This document shows, piece by piece, positions 11,084 to 23,900 of a stretch of DNA of 64,000 nucleotides. The stretch's first letter is position 1; each line of letters opens with the position of its first letter. The DNA is taken from positions 15,190,001 to 15,254,000 of the forward strand of contig OZ059894.1 of assembly GCA_964057225.1 (NCBI GenBank). The letters are read 5' to 3'. Origin of the DNA: Auanema rhodensis. Its lineage: Eukaryota; Animalia; Nematoda. The translations under genes and the position numbers were made by a program. Under the pieces are notes generated by a model. It was not told the origin of the DNA. It searched no databases and saw only the letters and a program-made list of their open reading frames with translations.

Positions 11084-12959
11084 ATGCTTTATCTTTTAAT
11101 TTTTTTAACATTACTACTTAACTCTGTACTTACTGACATGGGTGGTAAGTTTTATAAAAAAAGTTTTAATTTCTAAATACCTTTTAAGGTAAAAATTCTC
11201 CACTTGATTATGGATCACCGTATCCATTATTTTCACTTCCCACAGGAGATCCTAGTAAAGAATATGGTTTAAACAATAAGAATATTGCTATTTTGAACTA
11301 ATTTTCTTCTTTTTTTAAGCTGACCATAGTCCAGCATGTGAATCTGCTTGTTTAGAACCTTCCCTGAAGGTTATTCGACATTTCTTTGAGCCAGGAAATA
11401 TTCGTGAAAATATGGTTACTGTCTGCCAGTAAATACATATTAATGAAAAAGTATTTGAATAATAACTTTTCAGTTATTATGACGAAGCATCAAATTGTCA
11501 TCGTCGATATACTCAATGTGATCGTTCTATGTTTGAAACTGTTACAAGTGGAGTAGAATATATGTGCAAAGAACAACGTAAAGGTAAAGTATAGAAGTAA
11601 TCTGTTTCTTCTTTCTGAAAAGAATATTCTTTTCAGCTTTTGATGTGTTGATTGATTGTATTGATACAAATAGTCAATTAGTTAAGAAAGGTAAAGAATA
11701 CAGTATTAGATATATTAGAATTTAATTTTAAAAGTTTAGATTGTGATGTTCTTTGTCAACCAAGCAGTTTAGTTGCTGGATTAGCTTTAAAGGATACAGT
11801 AATGAATGTACCGTATACATAATCTTTGATATCTCTCTATAATTGATTGTTTTTCAGTCCTTAGATCAGCCACTTATATCTGACGGTTTGAATATGAGAG
11901 ACATGATTGAGCCTCATTTGGGAAAATTATTTTTCAGTGAAAGTTGTCGGTTAGCATAGAAAATATTTTTTTCTTCATTTATAAATTCAAATTTTAGAAT
12001 AACTGGATGTTTAATGGATTGTTACAAGACGAAATACAATATGTTGTGTGAAGGAAGTGCTGGGTCAATCTTGATGGTTAGTTAATGTACTTTTTTTTGA
12101 GAAGAAACAACAAATTCAGGAAGCATTAGTACGACCTCTGTCATCAGAATCCGCACCTGACGCATCAAAATTCTTGTCCGCAGTTTTAGGAGGATTATTA
12201 CCACATTCGTGTTCATATCTCTATTCCAAAAACGGAGGTCTTCGTATTAATTCTGAGCTAGATGAAGAAATTAGAAGAATGTATAAAGATAGAAAGGTTC
12301 TATCATTTCTGCAATGCAAAACATTCTTTATTCTAGCCTATGACTCAAAAAGAATTAGAGGAAACTCTTAGTAAACCAACTACCGACAAGAATCCCTTCA
12401 AGGAAGTTTCAGAAACCTTTCTCAGAATTTCGCCAATTGAATCAGTTTCAGAGAAAAAAGTGTGAAATGTATGGTTTCCTATGAAAAACAATTTTTTCCA
12501 GAAGAAGAAAGCAACAAAGCCAGTGAAAGAGGTTGAGAAAGTGATTGATGAAACCAAAAATGATATAGTTGAAGAGACTGTCAATGGTAAAATTTAAATT
12601 ATTATGATTCTTGTATGAGACAAATGTTTGAAGACACCGTGTTAACTGAAGATCAAACACTTAGAGCTGCTCAAGATGTAGGTAAGCTGTGAAAATTCTT
12701 AAACATTGATAGTTTATGTTATAACTATTTTTTCAGAAGTTTTAAAATATAGTTTGAAATATGGCTCTCAACATGTTACGAAACTAGTATCTTCTAAGAC
12801 ATATCATATTTCTTTTATAACACCAGTTAACGGTAAATATACATATATAGTATATAAATTAGTTTTTAATTACAATAATATTATTTAGGAACTGTTGTAT
12901 GTCGTTATGAGGATGATGTTATTGATTCAGAAGGATCTGGTAGTGGATATCCTATGTAA
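11084..12959 (+). CDS. cpg-4: CPG-4-like chondroitin proteoglycan (signal peptide, CPG4 domain, C-terminal SEGSGSG)
   Basis: MLYLLIFLTLLLNSVLT signal; ACESACLEP...VC.YYDEASNC...FETVTSGVEYMCKEQRKAF...CIDTN...CDVLCQP...SC.ITGCLMDCYKTKYNMLCEGSAGS; ends DDVIDSEGSGSGYPM* (Ser-Gly GAG site in an acidic context). Confidence 0.7.
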
Positions 12960-13042
12960 ATCAATGTATAATAAGCAACTAATATCAATTTTAAACAGTT
13001 TTATTAAATTTTTTTACAATTTTTTAATAGTTTGTTGGTATC

Positions 13043-15579
13043 TCAACAGAATTTGGCAATCGTGGGCTCAACGGCTTTCTTCTCGTATCGGTATTCTTCA
13101 AAAAAGAAGATGAATAAATGAAAAAATATTTTAAACAAACCCAAGTGATACCGTTTCAAGTTTAAATGACCACAAGTAAGATATGAAATCAAATTAACCA
13201 GAAGACAATACAATACAAAAGCAATTGAAGAAATTGGTGGAAATAATAAACCATATTCATAGCTGAATATTTGTATAATTAATAAAAAATATTTTATCGT
13301 AAGATCTTACCGAAATAATCTGCAACATGCTTTATATTTGGAATATATCAGTCTTTCTTGCTCAATAGTTTCATAACTTTTTCTGTAAAAGAAATATAAT
13401 TTTTTAGATATTTGGCTTATATTATTAGAAATATATAGAAACTAACGTTAGGATAGCTGTCAGTAAATTGACCAGTATTACCGCTGATACAAACATATAA
13501 GCAAAGAGAGATATCGGTGTTAGCCATTTCTTAAAATATTTTTATTTTATAATTATAATAAAAATAATTTTAATACATCAGTAAAGCATTGAAGACTTGG
13601 AACTGTAATGTTTCTCCAATTTATTTCGTCACATTCTATACTTGTTCCTAATGAAATATTATATTGGAAATCAGTGAAAATGAAACAATTACCATATTTA
13701 TCTGATTCTTCAGCTTCACCAAATATTTCAAATGAACCATATTTGAATAATTTCCAAATAAGTGTATCATTAGATTCATTTGATTTAGTATAATAATCTA
13801 AATTAGAAGAATACATTATAAAAAAATTTAAAGATAATACCTGATATACTTATCTTCAACACAGCATATGTAGCCCAAAATATTACAAATATGAGTAAAA
13901 AACGGAAAGTAAGTGCAGCCAGAAAACAAATGAAGTAAATTTCGAGAAAAAAAAAGAAATATTACCATTTTTTTTATTGTTAGAATAATAGATCCATAGA
14001 ATGTATCTGATTCAAATATAGATAATATTCGAATTGATGTAAATATAAAATTAATATAGAATAATACTGTATATAATTGAATTGCAATAACAGAAACTAA
14101 TAAGCTTAAAAATAATATTTAAATATAAAAAAATATATAAATATTACCTTGAATCAAAAGAAGCAGAAAGTACCCATGATATAAACATTAGAATTATGTT
14201 AATAATATCAAATAAATGACTTTTTTTAGTTTTTGTTTTTATCTGAAATTATACATAAAATATTAAATATTAAAAATTTTTTATACAATTTGTATAAGTC
14301 GTTTTACATATTTTGATTTTTTAACAGCTTTTATTCCGAATTCTGTTTTTACATTACGTAATCGTAATTTATAAGCAGTAATGTGTATTTTTGAAACCCA
14401 ATCAAGAAAGAAAATAAGTTGAAAGATTCCAATGTAAAAATATCTGTTTCTTAGATCACTTATTGTTTGTTTCTCAATTATCAGACAACTAGTATATGTA
14501 ACTATATATCCAAGTCGAACAAGCTATAAATATAATTATATAATTATAATAATTACGTACATATAGTATAACATACTTTATGAATAAGAGCCTTTATAGA
14601 AATGCTACCAGAACGTTCACGTACAATACGTTGGCATTGTACATGTGATAAAAACGCCTGAAAATCTCAAATATATTATGAACTATTCTCTTTTTTTTTG
14701 GCAAACAACTCACTTTTGCTTTACCCACTACAGCTATTTTAAGTAATTCAATATAATCGTCTTCGAACATATTTCTATAAAATATAAAAAAATTATTTAT
14801 AAAATAAAGAATAACTTACTTAATTAAATATATTCTTGAAGCATAATTAACCTTTAAAATGCTATCTTTATCAAAGAAATGCTTCAATAAACTTTTACTG
14901 TGTGTATCGAACCGACTAATAATTCTTTTAAAATTTTTATAAATTTTATAAAATTACCAATGTAAAGCTGTGTATTCATCTTTTAATTCTAGTTCATCGC
15001 ATGTTAATAGTTTCAAGCTCATACATCGAAATATAAAAACCTGTCATAAGAATATAATAAAATATTTGAAAAATTAAAAAAAAACCATAGTCAAAGAAAG
15101 TAATAAAGGTTCTTCTTTAGTGTTTTTTAATAAACCAGAACAATTTGCTTCATCACCATATGCCGCATAAATTACAGCCTTAGCCAAATCAAATGTTAAA
15201 ACTGATAAAGGACAAAAAAATAATTTCTGAAAAAAAAAGAAAAATAAATAATTAAAAATTGAAAATCTCATTTTACTTTTGTAAACTCATCGAGACATCT
15301 TAAAACTCTTTCTTCTACTTTTATTTCATTTGTTTGTGCTTTATCATTTGAAATATTCAGATGAGAAAATAAAACGTTTTCGAAAAATTTTTCCTAAAAA
15401 AAAAACAAATTTGAAGTCAATCGAAGAGAAAATATTCGTTTTAATATTACGATAAGATTTACCTTTTTTTCAAAAACTAAAATTAATTCCTCAATTGAAT
15501 TTGTATTAGACTTCACTATATCATCTACATCATCTGAATATTTGAGAAGTCCCTCCAATTCATGTGTTTTTTCATTCAT
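13043..15579 (-). CDS. Divergent TRPM/CED-11(trpl)-like cation channel, multi-exon
   Basis: Pre-S1 LLKIAVVGKAKAFLSHVQCQRIV; S4-S5 IRILSIFESDTFYGSIILTIKKM; pore KLFKYGSFEIFGE; S6 WLTPISLFAYMFVSAVILVNLLTAIL; post-TRP YEYGLLFPP. One intron lacks an AG (see findings). Confidence 0.8.
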
Positions 15580-15846
15580 CTCAAATAGATGATTAACTTA
15601 CATTATATAATCTATAGATATAATAACTATATATGAAATTCAAAAAGTTAAAATGAAAACGATTCATATATGATTGAAATAAGAAAAGGATGAACTAAAT
15701 ATACAACTCTATATAGCATTCGGTCAGTTTCTTCAGTATTATTATATAGCTATGTTATCTTTTACTATGAAAATTACGATTAATCATAGCAACATAATCA
15801 ATAGCTTTTATCATCAATCAACGTTATCACAATGCTTTTCTCATGT

Positions 15847-17991
15847 TTAAACTGTTAACTTCAGCATTACCATGATTATTGCTGAGAATAGTGCTGAAAA
15901 TGAAATTTTTCGAAGCAGTTCGTGGCACTTGATAACAACATGACTCAGTAAGTGATACCGAAAATATATGGATACCTGATACAGGTAATGTTACAACCCA
16001 AGAAGCTGCAACACTACGGAATAAGCTCCAATTCACTTTGTTCAAGCCTCGTAAACTTCCTACTGCTATAACCGAACCAACCTTAGAACATTTAACTTCG
16101 AAACTTGAAGGTCAATATTAAAACTTACTAAGCAATGTGTCGTGCTTACCGGTAAACCGTATTTACTTGCAAATAATACTGTTAAAGCAGAGCCAAAATC
16201 AATGCAAAACCCACTGACCACATATTCAAATAAAATTAAAAAAAGAATTCATACCTGGCAGCATTGATTTCCGACATATTTTTACCAATTGTATCAATTA
16301 CTTTGTGTCCTAAAATCCATAACCCAGCACATATTGAAAATACACCAAAAATTAAAATAAGTAAGGAAGTTGGACGTCTTTGGTTAACATCAAAGTCACG
16401 ATATATTGAGAATAAAGCAGAGAGTGGAGCAATAGCATTACTAAAAAAAGACAAAAAAAATTTTTCAAATAAAGTATTACGATGTTATAAGTAAAAAGCC
16501 TAAAAGATATATTCTGACCTGACATCATTTGCACCATGTGCCATTGCTGCGAAGCAAGCAGTAAAAATTTGAATAGCAGTGAACAATCGCAATGTGCGAG
16601 GTGAATCAATTCTAGTAGGACTTGGTAAAATCCATTGACTAAATCGTTTAAAATCTAAAATGGATTATTTAATAAATTAGTAACAAATATATATATATAT
16701 ATATATATATTGTTTTTTACCTTTGAAACGATCTTCAATGTGATCCTGAACAATTTTAGGAGAAGCTTGTTGACTTCGAACAACGGGACTATTTATAGTC
16801 GGTATACTAACAGAACATTCTGATGCTACTTGTTTCAACTCAACATCTTTGAAAAAACATTGAAACATATAGTTAGTTTTATAATTTCTACGCCTACCAC
16901 TAATGAATTTTTTAAGTTTTGGCACATAAAAAATAAATATTAAAAGTGAAGAAACAATTCCAACACAGAGGCTGGTTAGTATAGAGTCCATCATTTCCAT
17001 TTTTTCAAATTTCAGTACTGAACCAAGAATAAATTAAAAGATATAACAAAATCTTCTTCAAACCTTTAGATCCTTCTCTTGTAAGCAGAACAGAATTAAG
17101 AGATATTGCAAAAAAAAAGAAAATTGGCAAAGCTTTTAATCCACATTTAACTGGATCTTCCTATTAAAAATATATAAGATTTATATTTTCTTCTGATAAT
17201 TTACTCGTCGTAAAACTACGTGATCAACTATCAAGTAGAGTAGTGCTGCTACTATACCAGCAAGTATAGGTGAAACAAACCATGACATAACTGAAAATAT
17301 CTGTTAATAAGCTACATCAGATGACTCTCAACCAATCAGAAAAATTTTTTCCCATTTCACTCCATCAAAGCCTTTACAAACTAATGTAAATCCAAGTGAT
17401 GCTCCAATAATTGAATGAGTAGCCGAAATAGGAAGTTTCATAATTGTTGCAACAAATAACCACAAAGCACACCCTTCAATAACTTATTATAATAACCAGT
17501 TTGATTGATATATTCAAAATTACTTAAATACAAAATGAAAACAAATTTTTACCTCCGAGTGTTGCTACTTGTCCAAGTAAAAGTAAATTAATAGAATCTG
17601 CATATATAGATACGGTAACTATGCTTTTTCTAATAGTATCAATAACATTATATCCTATTAATACAGCACCCAAAACTTCAAAAATTGTTGCTAAGATATA
17701 AGCATTCAATATTGTTAATGTTTTTGAACCTAAACTTATTAAAATATAATGATAAACAACTTTTTTTTTAATTTCGCATTACCAACAGATGTTCCAAAAG
17801 CATTTGCTACGTCATTTGCACCCATTCCAAGACCTAATAGAAATGCTACAACAATACCAACAATGAGAGCCCAAACATATTGCTCCTTAATACAAAATCT
17901 ATTGTTTTATTTTGCTATATATGTAATCAAAACTTACTTGAAAAGCTCCAATAAGCTTCACCGAGTCAGATGCCAAAGTAGTCGCATCCAT
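15847..17991 (-). CDS. PiT/SLC20 (PHO4) sodium-dependent phosphate transporter, copy A
   Basis: [43 protein letters not shown] and [12 protein letters not shown] motifs; MDATTLAS start; ends ...LKLTV*. Confidence 0.93.
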
Positions 17992-18328
17992 TGTCACGGA
18001 TTGGCGTTAAAGTGCGCATGACGCCGGCGTGAAATTTTCACGTATAATCAAGTTTTATGCAAATTTCTAGCTTTAGCGTACTACTTGCTTTGCAACTTTA
18101 CATTGATTAAAATAATGAATAAACTAATTTAATTTATAAGATTTATTAAACAATAAGTATAAGTACATCTATGTATTTTAAACACATAACTGACAAATCA
18201 TTTCCTTGGGAAAAAAATGAGAAGAAAAATAAAGTAACAAAGTAATACTTTATAAAAGGAGGAAATAATCCATTATAATGAGAAGAGTATCACGTTTTGC
18301 TGACAACATACAAAAAATTATTAAAGGT

Positions 18329-20911
18329 TTATAAAGCTGTAAGCTTGATAATGAACATAATTCCAGCTGAGATCAATCCTAAAAAAATATCATTTTGTAT
18401 ATTTTGTCTAAAGCTTGGGAACTAGAAACTTGTTCTATGTTCAAGCTAAGTACCTGCGATGGGAAGTGTGACAATCCAAGATGAGGCAATACTTGCAAAT
18501 AAAGACCATTTAATACCTTCACCAGCTTTAATTGATCCAACAGCTACTACTGACCCAACCTAAATATGAAAAATTGATTCTCGAAATATTATTTGAACTG
18601 TTGAAGAATAGGTTTTGAAACTTACCAGACAATGTGTAGTACTGATTGGTAAACCAATTTTACTAGCGATTAGAGAAGTTATAGCAGCTCCAAATTCAAT
18701 AGTGAATCCACTATAAGTTAACGAATAAGTTTCAGTATGGAAAGTTGAAAAAGATTTATGTTATTACCTGCAAGGATTAATTGTTGACATTTTCGTTCCA
18801 ACAGTCTTAATAACACGATGTCCTAATAGCCAAAGTCCAGCACAAATAGCAACAACACCATAGCATAAGATGTAAATTGGAATCTAAAACAGTTTCATAT
18901 TATAATTGATATAAAAAAACTTTCATTTGCAATCAATAGCTTAGTGATAGAAAAATTGTCTTAGAATTGTTATTTTTTCCGAAATTTCAAGCAAACATTC
19001 TTTGTATTAGATTACGGTAGAATCGCATACCTCTTCATTTTGATCACTTGATTTGTATTTATAAGTTGAAACCAAAGCAGCTAATGGAGCAATTGCATTT
19101 CTAAAATAATTACAAGTTAATATATAATAATTTTGATTTGTAGGTTTTTTATGATCAGAAAAAGTTATCAGATCATCATAATTAACAAATATTTTTAATA
19201 GTTTCCCAATTCTTACCCGACATCATTAGCTCCGTGTGCGAAACCGGCAAAACATGCTGACAATATCTGAAAAAAAAACCATTAAAATTTAATATTTTGT
19301 AATAATATAAACATTCAAAAATAAATATAATAAAGTTATGTATTACCTGTACAGTACTAAACAATTGGAATGTCTTAGCATCTTCCTTCTGATTTTTATC
19401 AGGCAAGAACCATAAAAAGAAACTTCTAACACCTACAAGCCATGTTTTATAATATAGATAAAAAACTTTTTCTATATCATTACCATTAATTTCACTGAAT
19501 TTTGGTTGAGGAGGATAGACAGTTTCAGTTTTTGACTCTGACATCTCGATGCTCATGACTCCGTTATCAACTGGTTTAGGTGGTTCCTCTGCAGCAGCTG
19601 AAAATATTTAATAAATAAATTTTTTATAATATATATAATAAACCGTTAATTTTTCTGATGAGACGTGGCTTAAGGAGGAATTCAACTACCAAAGCTGAAG
19701 CTCCACCAACAACGAGTGCAATGACCAAAACGAGCCAGACAGGGAGGTTATCCAAGTGCAAAACTACAAATATTTTGTTAAATATTGAATTTTTTTGTAA
19801 TAATATTGAACATTTAGGTTGAAGCATTATCAAATTTAAAACAAAAACTTTTCAACAGGTAATATGACCCACGTTTGGAACCTCCTAAGAAAATCATCAA
19901 AGTATTGAACCCGATGCAAGCAAAATAGATAAAAGGAAGAGCACGCAAACCACATTGGAATGGATTTTTCTAAAATAGCTTCTGTTATTTTGGTTTTTTA
20001 ACTTGTTTTAATACTCTTCTAAGTACTGCAAAATCAAGGATTATATATAACACTAATGATACTGTTCCAGATAATATAGGAGAAATAAACCATGAAGCAA
20101 CTGAAATAGAATACAACATAAAACAAAATTTCATTACAGCTTATTACCAATTTTTCCAACCTGAGCCCACATTATTCCATTAAAACCTTTTAGAACAATA
20201 CTGAAACCAAGTGTTGCTCCAACAATGGAATGTGTTGTTGATACAGGCATGTTGAAAATAGTAGCTATGCCAAGCCATGAAGCACAACCTGTAGGTAAAA
20301 TACATGAGAATAGGTTGAATTTATTGTTCCTATACCACCCAAAACAGCTACTTGTCCTAACATGTAAGCTTTCGGTTCATCACTATATATATCAACGTTG
20401 ACGACACTCTTTCTCATCGTATCCGCTACTTTCCAACCTTGAATTCCGTATTATTTTACTTTTCTTTAGAGTGTTAGTTCATACCAACTAATATAGACCC
20501 AAGCGATTCAACGATTGTAGCCATGATATACGCTTGAATGATCGTTACAACCTTACTTCCAACAGAGGTTCCAAAAGCATTTGATACATCATTTGCTCCC
20601 ATTCCGGCTCCAAGAAGGAACGCAAGAATAATTCCAAGAATGAGAGCCCATAGTACCGAAGACTGTAAAAAAGGATATTTTGTTTTATGAAAGTGAGTAC
20701 ATTTATGAATGCAACCGGTTATATCAACCGTTTTTTTAAAAATTAAAAGTAAATGTTTTTGATTCATGGACAACATATAAATTTCACGTAATTATAATTT
20801 AAAATTATCTTAATTTGTTTAGTTATAATAGAAAAAACAGAAATATTAACATACACGATCAAACGTTCCAAGTGCTTCAGTTACAGTCTCCAAGGTTGTT
20901 GTGATGTCCAT
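18329..20911 (-). CDS. PiT/SLC20 (PHO4) sodium-dependent phosphate transporter, copy B
   Basis: [37 protein letters not shown] and [12 protein letters not shown]; TTTCAG directly before the ATG; ends IKLTAL*. Confidence 0.95.
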
Positions 20912-23900
20912 TCTGAAATCCCATAATATTTATAAAAACGAATTTGAAATATATGAAAATCATCATAGATGTCTAAAGAAATACAGAAAAAGTACTGATA
21001 ATCAGAGCTCTTTATATGAAAATTTTGGCTAATCAAACTCCGCCCATTTTAATGCTCTCGGTATAGAAGGGTATATTGATAGATTGATTTTTCAATAAAA
21101 AGAATTAAATAAACTTAATATGACAAAGCCATGAATAAAGAAACGAAAAAAATCTATTTCTCTATAATATGTATTTATTAAGAGAAAAGACGGGGAAGCC
21201 GTGCGTGTTAATCTGGTTGCTCAAGGAGGACAGAGAGCAAGTAAAGAATATCAAGAATACAGATAATAACTCTTGAATATACTATACCAGAAGATGATAC
21301 AACAGAAAAGAAACAATGTATTCCAACATTTCTCTTAATCAGATTACAGTCTTGAGGAATTGACATAAGAATGAACAAGTTCAGCAAAATGTAAAATTAA
21401 ATTGATGACGACAACAGCATGATCTTCAAATAGAACTGCAAATGAAAAAAACGATTTTTTCTCTAAAAAGAAAAATAAACGTGTTTATAACAATTTAGTT
21501 TTGAAGACAAGATCATGTAGTGACCACAGATGACGTACATCAACAGATGATAGAAGTTGCTGATCATATTATACGATGAACAAAAAAAAATCAAATTCAT
21601 GGTTCGAACGTAATCGAATGTATGAATGTACATATACTAATGTTACTACTGATGAACGAACAAGATGATTAATGAATTTTTGTTTTGAAACAAAAAAAAA
21701 ACAAAAAAAATATATTTAACTATCCTAAAATAATAAATATTCTCAAATTTATGAAAGATAATACATATGAATGAATATTCTTCAATGTTTCAAATTACGT
21801 GATCAAGTGTCTTGTTCACGGCCATGTCATGACAATAACTGGACAGGTTTTTCAGAGGAAAATACAATTAACAATTTTTTGAAATTGTCTGGTTTTTTCC
21901 GTTAAAAAAGGTTAACCTAACCGATACCCTTAGGATGTTTTTCAGTTAAATAACTCATAATATGTTTTATATAATATTTAAATAGTCCTTAAAAAAATAA
22001 TATTTATAAACTTTTTAAGTTCTATTGAACTATTTCAACTACTATTCAAATTACTTATTTGAATATTAATATTGAGTTTATTATAATTAACTGTTAATGT
22101 ACTCTATCTATATATATTTTTTTTTCAGATTTTATCAGCTTTTTATATTTTTTCCTAATGCTGAACTTTGTTTTCGAACGAAATACATACAAAGCTTTCA
22201 ACTTAGTGTGATCTTTGCATTCTGACACTCAAGTTCAACATAATTCAAAAAGTTGAAAGTCTGATTCTGATCTAAATTTGAAATTCTGAATAATACCGAA
22301 AGGAAGCAGGAAATATTACTTAGAAATATTTTATATGGCATTTATCGTCTGCCCTATCTGTTTGGAATTTCATGGTATGAATAGGAACAATATTCTAAAA
22401 CAATCACTTATCATGATTTGCTTACTATATTTAGAAGTAATGATAGGTTATGATAGCAATTTACATCTTTTTATAGATGAAAAGTGACCAACAGGTGTGA
22501 TCCTGGAAAAGAAAAAAATTATCAGATAAGAAACGGTATTCGCAGAAAAGATGAAATTTTCCCTGAAGATAAGAAATAATATTTTGCTGATTTGATATAA
22601 TATTCTTATGACTTAAAGTTACTTATAGTTCCGGTAAATCAAAATGACAGATTGATGTTAGAATTCTGCAGGAAACTTACACACAATTTATCTGAAATTT
22701 GGAAAAAGTTGGAAACTTTTAACATTGTAAATGTTGTTGCAAGATAATTTGTTATCAGAATTTTGAAACGAATAACTATTCGATTATCAAAAAACGGTCA
22801 GTGACCCGCATTCAAGTATTAATCTTTTGAAATGACTCCAGCTTTCTATCTTTTCAGTTCATGTCAAATACAAGACGTACTTTCGGAAGTTCTACATAGT
22901 AGATTTGATTTTAAATCTAAACAATCTGCAATATGTTGCATTTTAAAAATAATAAAATTATTGAATATTTGAATTATATATGAACTTATTGTATAATTTT
23001 AAAAGTTATTATAAATACTCTGTATGTACTGTATATACACATTTTGTTTTTTTAAAATAATAAGTAAGCGATTGGCCTCAAAGGTAAACTCATAGAACAG
23101 GTTTGTAATTTGAAGCGATTGTTCGTATAAACTTTATGAGAATCACAAAACACTTTTTTTGAAAATTTCTCGTACTCTCACTCACAAATGTCCAGTATTT
23201 TAATGAATTACAACGAATTACATACACATATAGTAAGCTGATTGACGTCATACGACAGTATGTCCGCCCGCTATGTCATGATCTCGAGCGGATGACTACA
23301 TTTGTTGAGTTGGGAATAAAACATTATAGAAATTTTTAAAATTTCCAAGATAGATAGCGATAAATAAAAATTAAAACAAAAGGCTTCATAACTGCAAATT
23401 AATTTTTTTTGTTTTCTCTATTAAAATTAATTTTATTAAACATAAAATCGTTAGCAGCAAACTTTATCGTTTTGTGTTCGTAAAGTTCTAATGTTTGCTA
23501 AGGTACTATGGGTAGGCAAGTTTAACCGGTGAAAAAAAGAGGAAATAGTTATAAATAGATCAATTTGATCTATCAAAGCAATAGAATTTTAACTGCATAT
23601 TAAGAAGACGACATGGGCTGTTTCTGACTCTCTATTGATACTGCGAAAGTTGTTTATTTCACCAAATGGTTACTTCAGAAAAAATATGATATAAAGAAAA
23701 AGCTTCTTTCAAATATTTCTGAATTTAATTTTTATTTTGAAATACGTAAAACTGAACTAGATATGGGGAATGAAGAAATGAGAAAGGGCACTATGACGAA
23801 CGACATGCAAATCTGATAGTGTTTGTGAAAATTGAAAAGTTTAATTTTTTTTCTCGATAAAATACGATTCTTTCAAGAACATATCTGATTATCAATAGAA

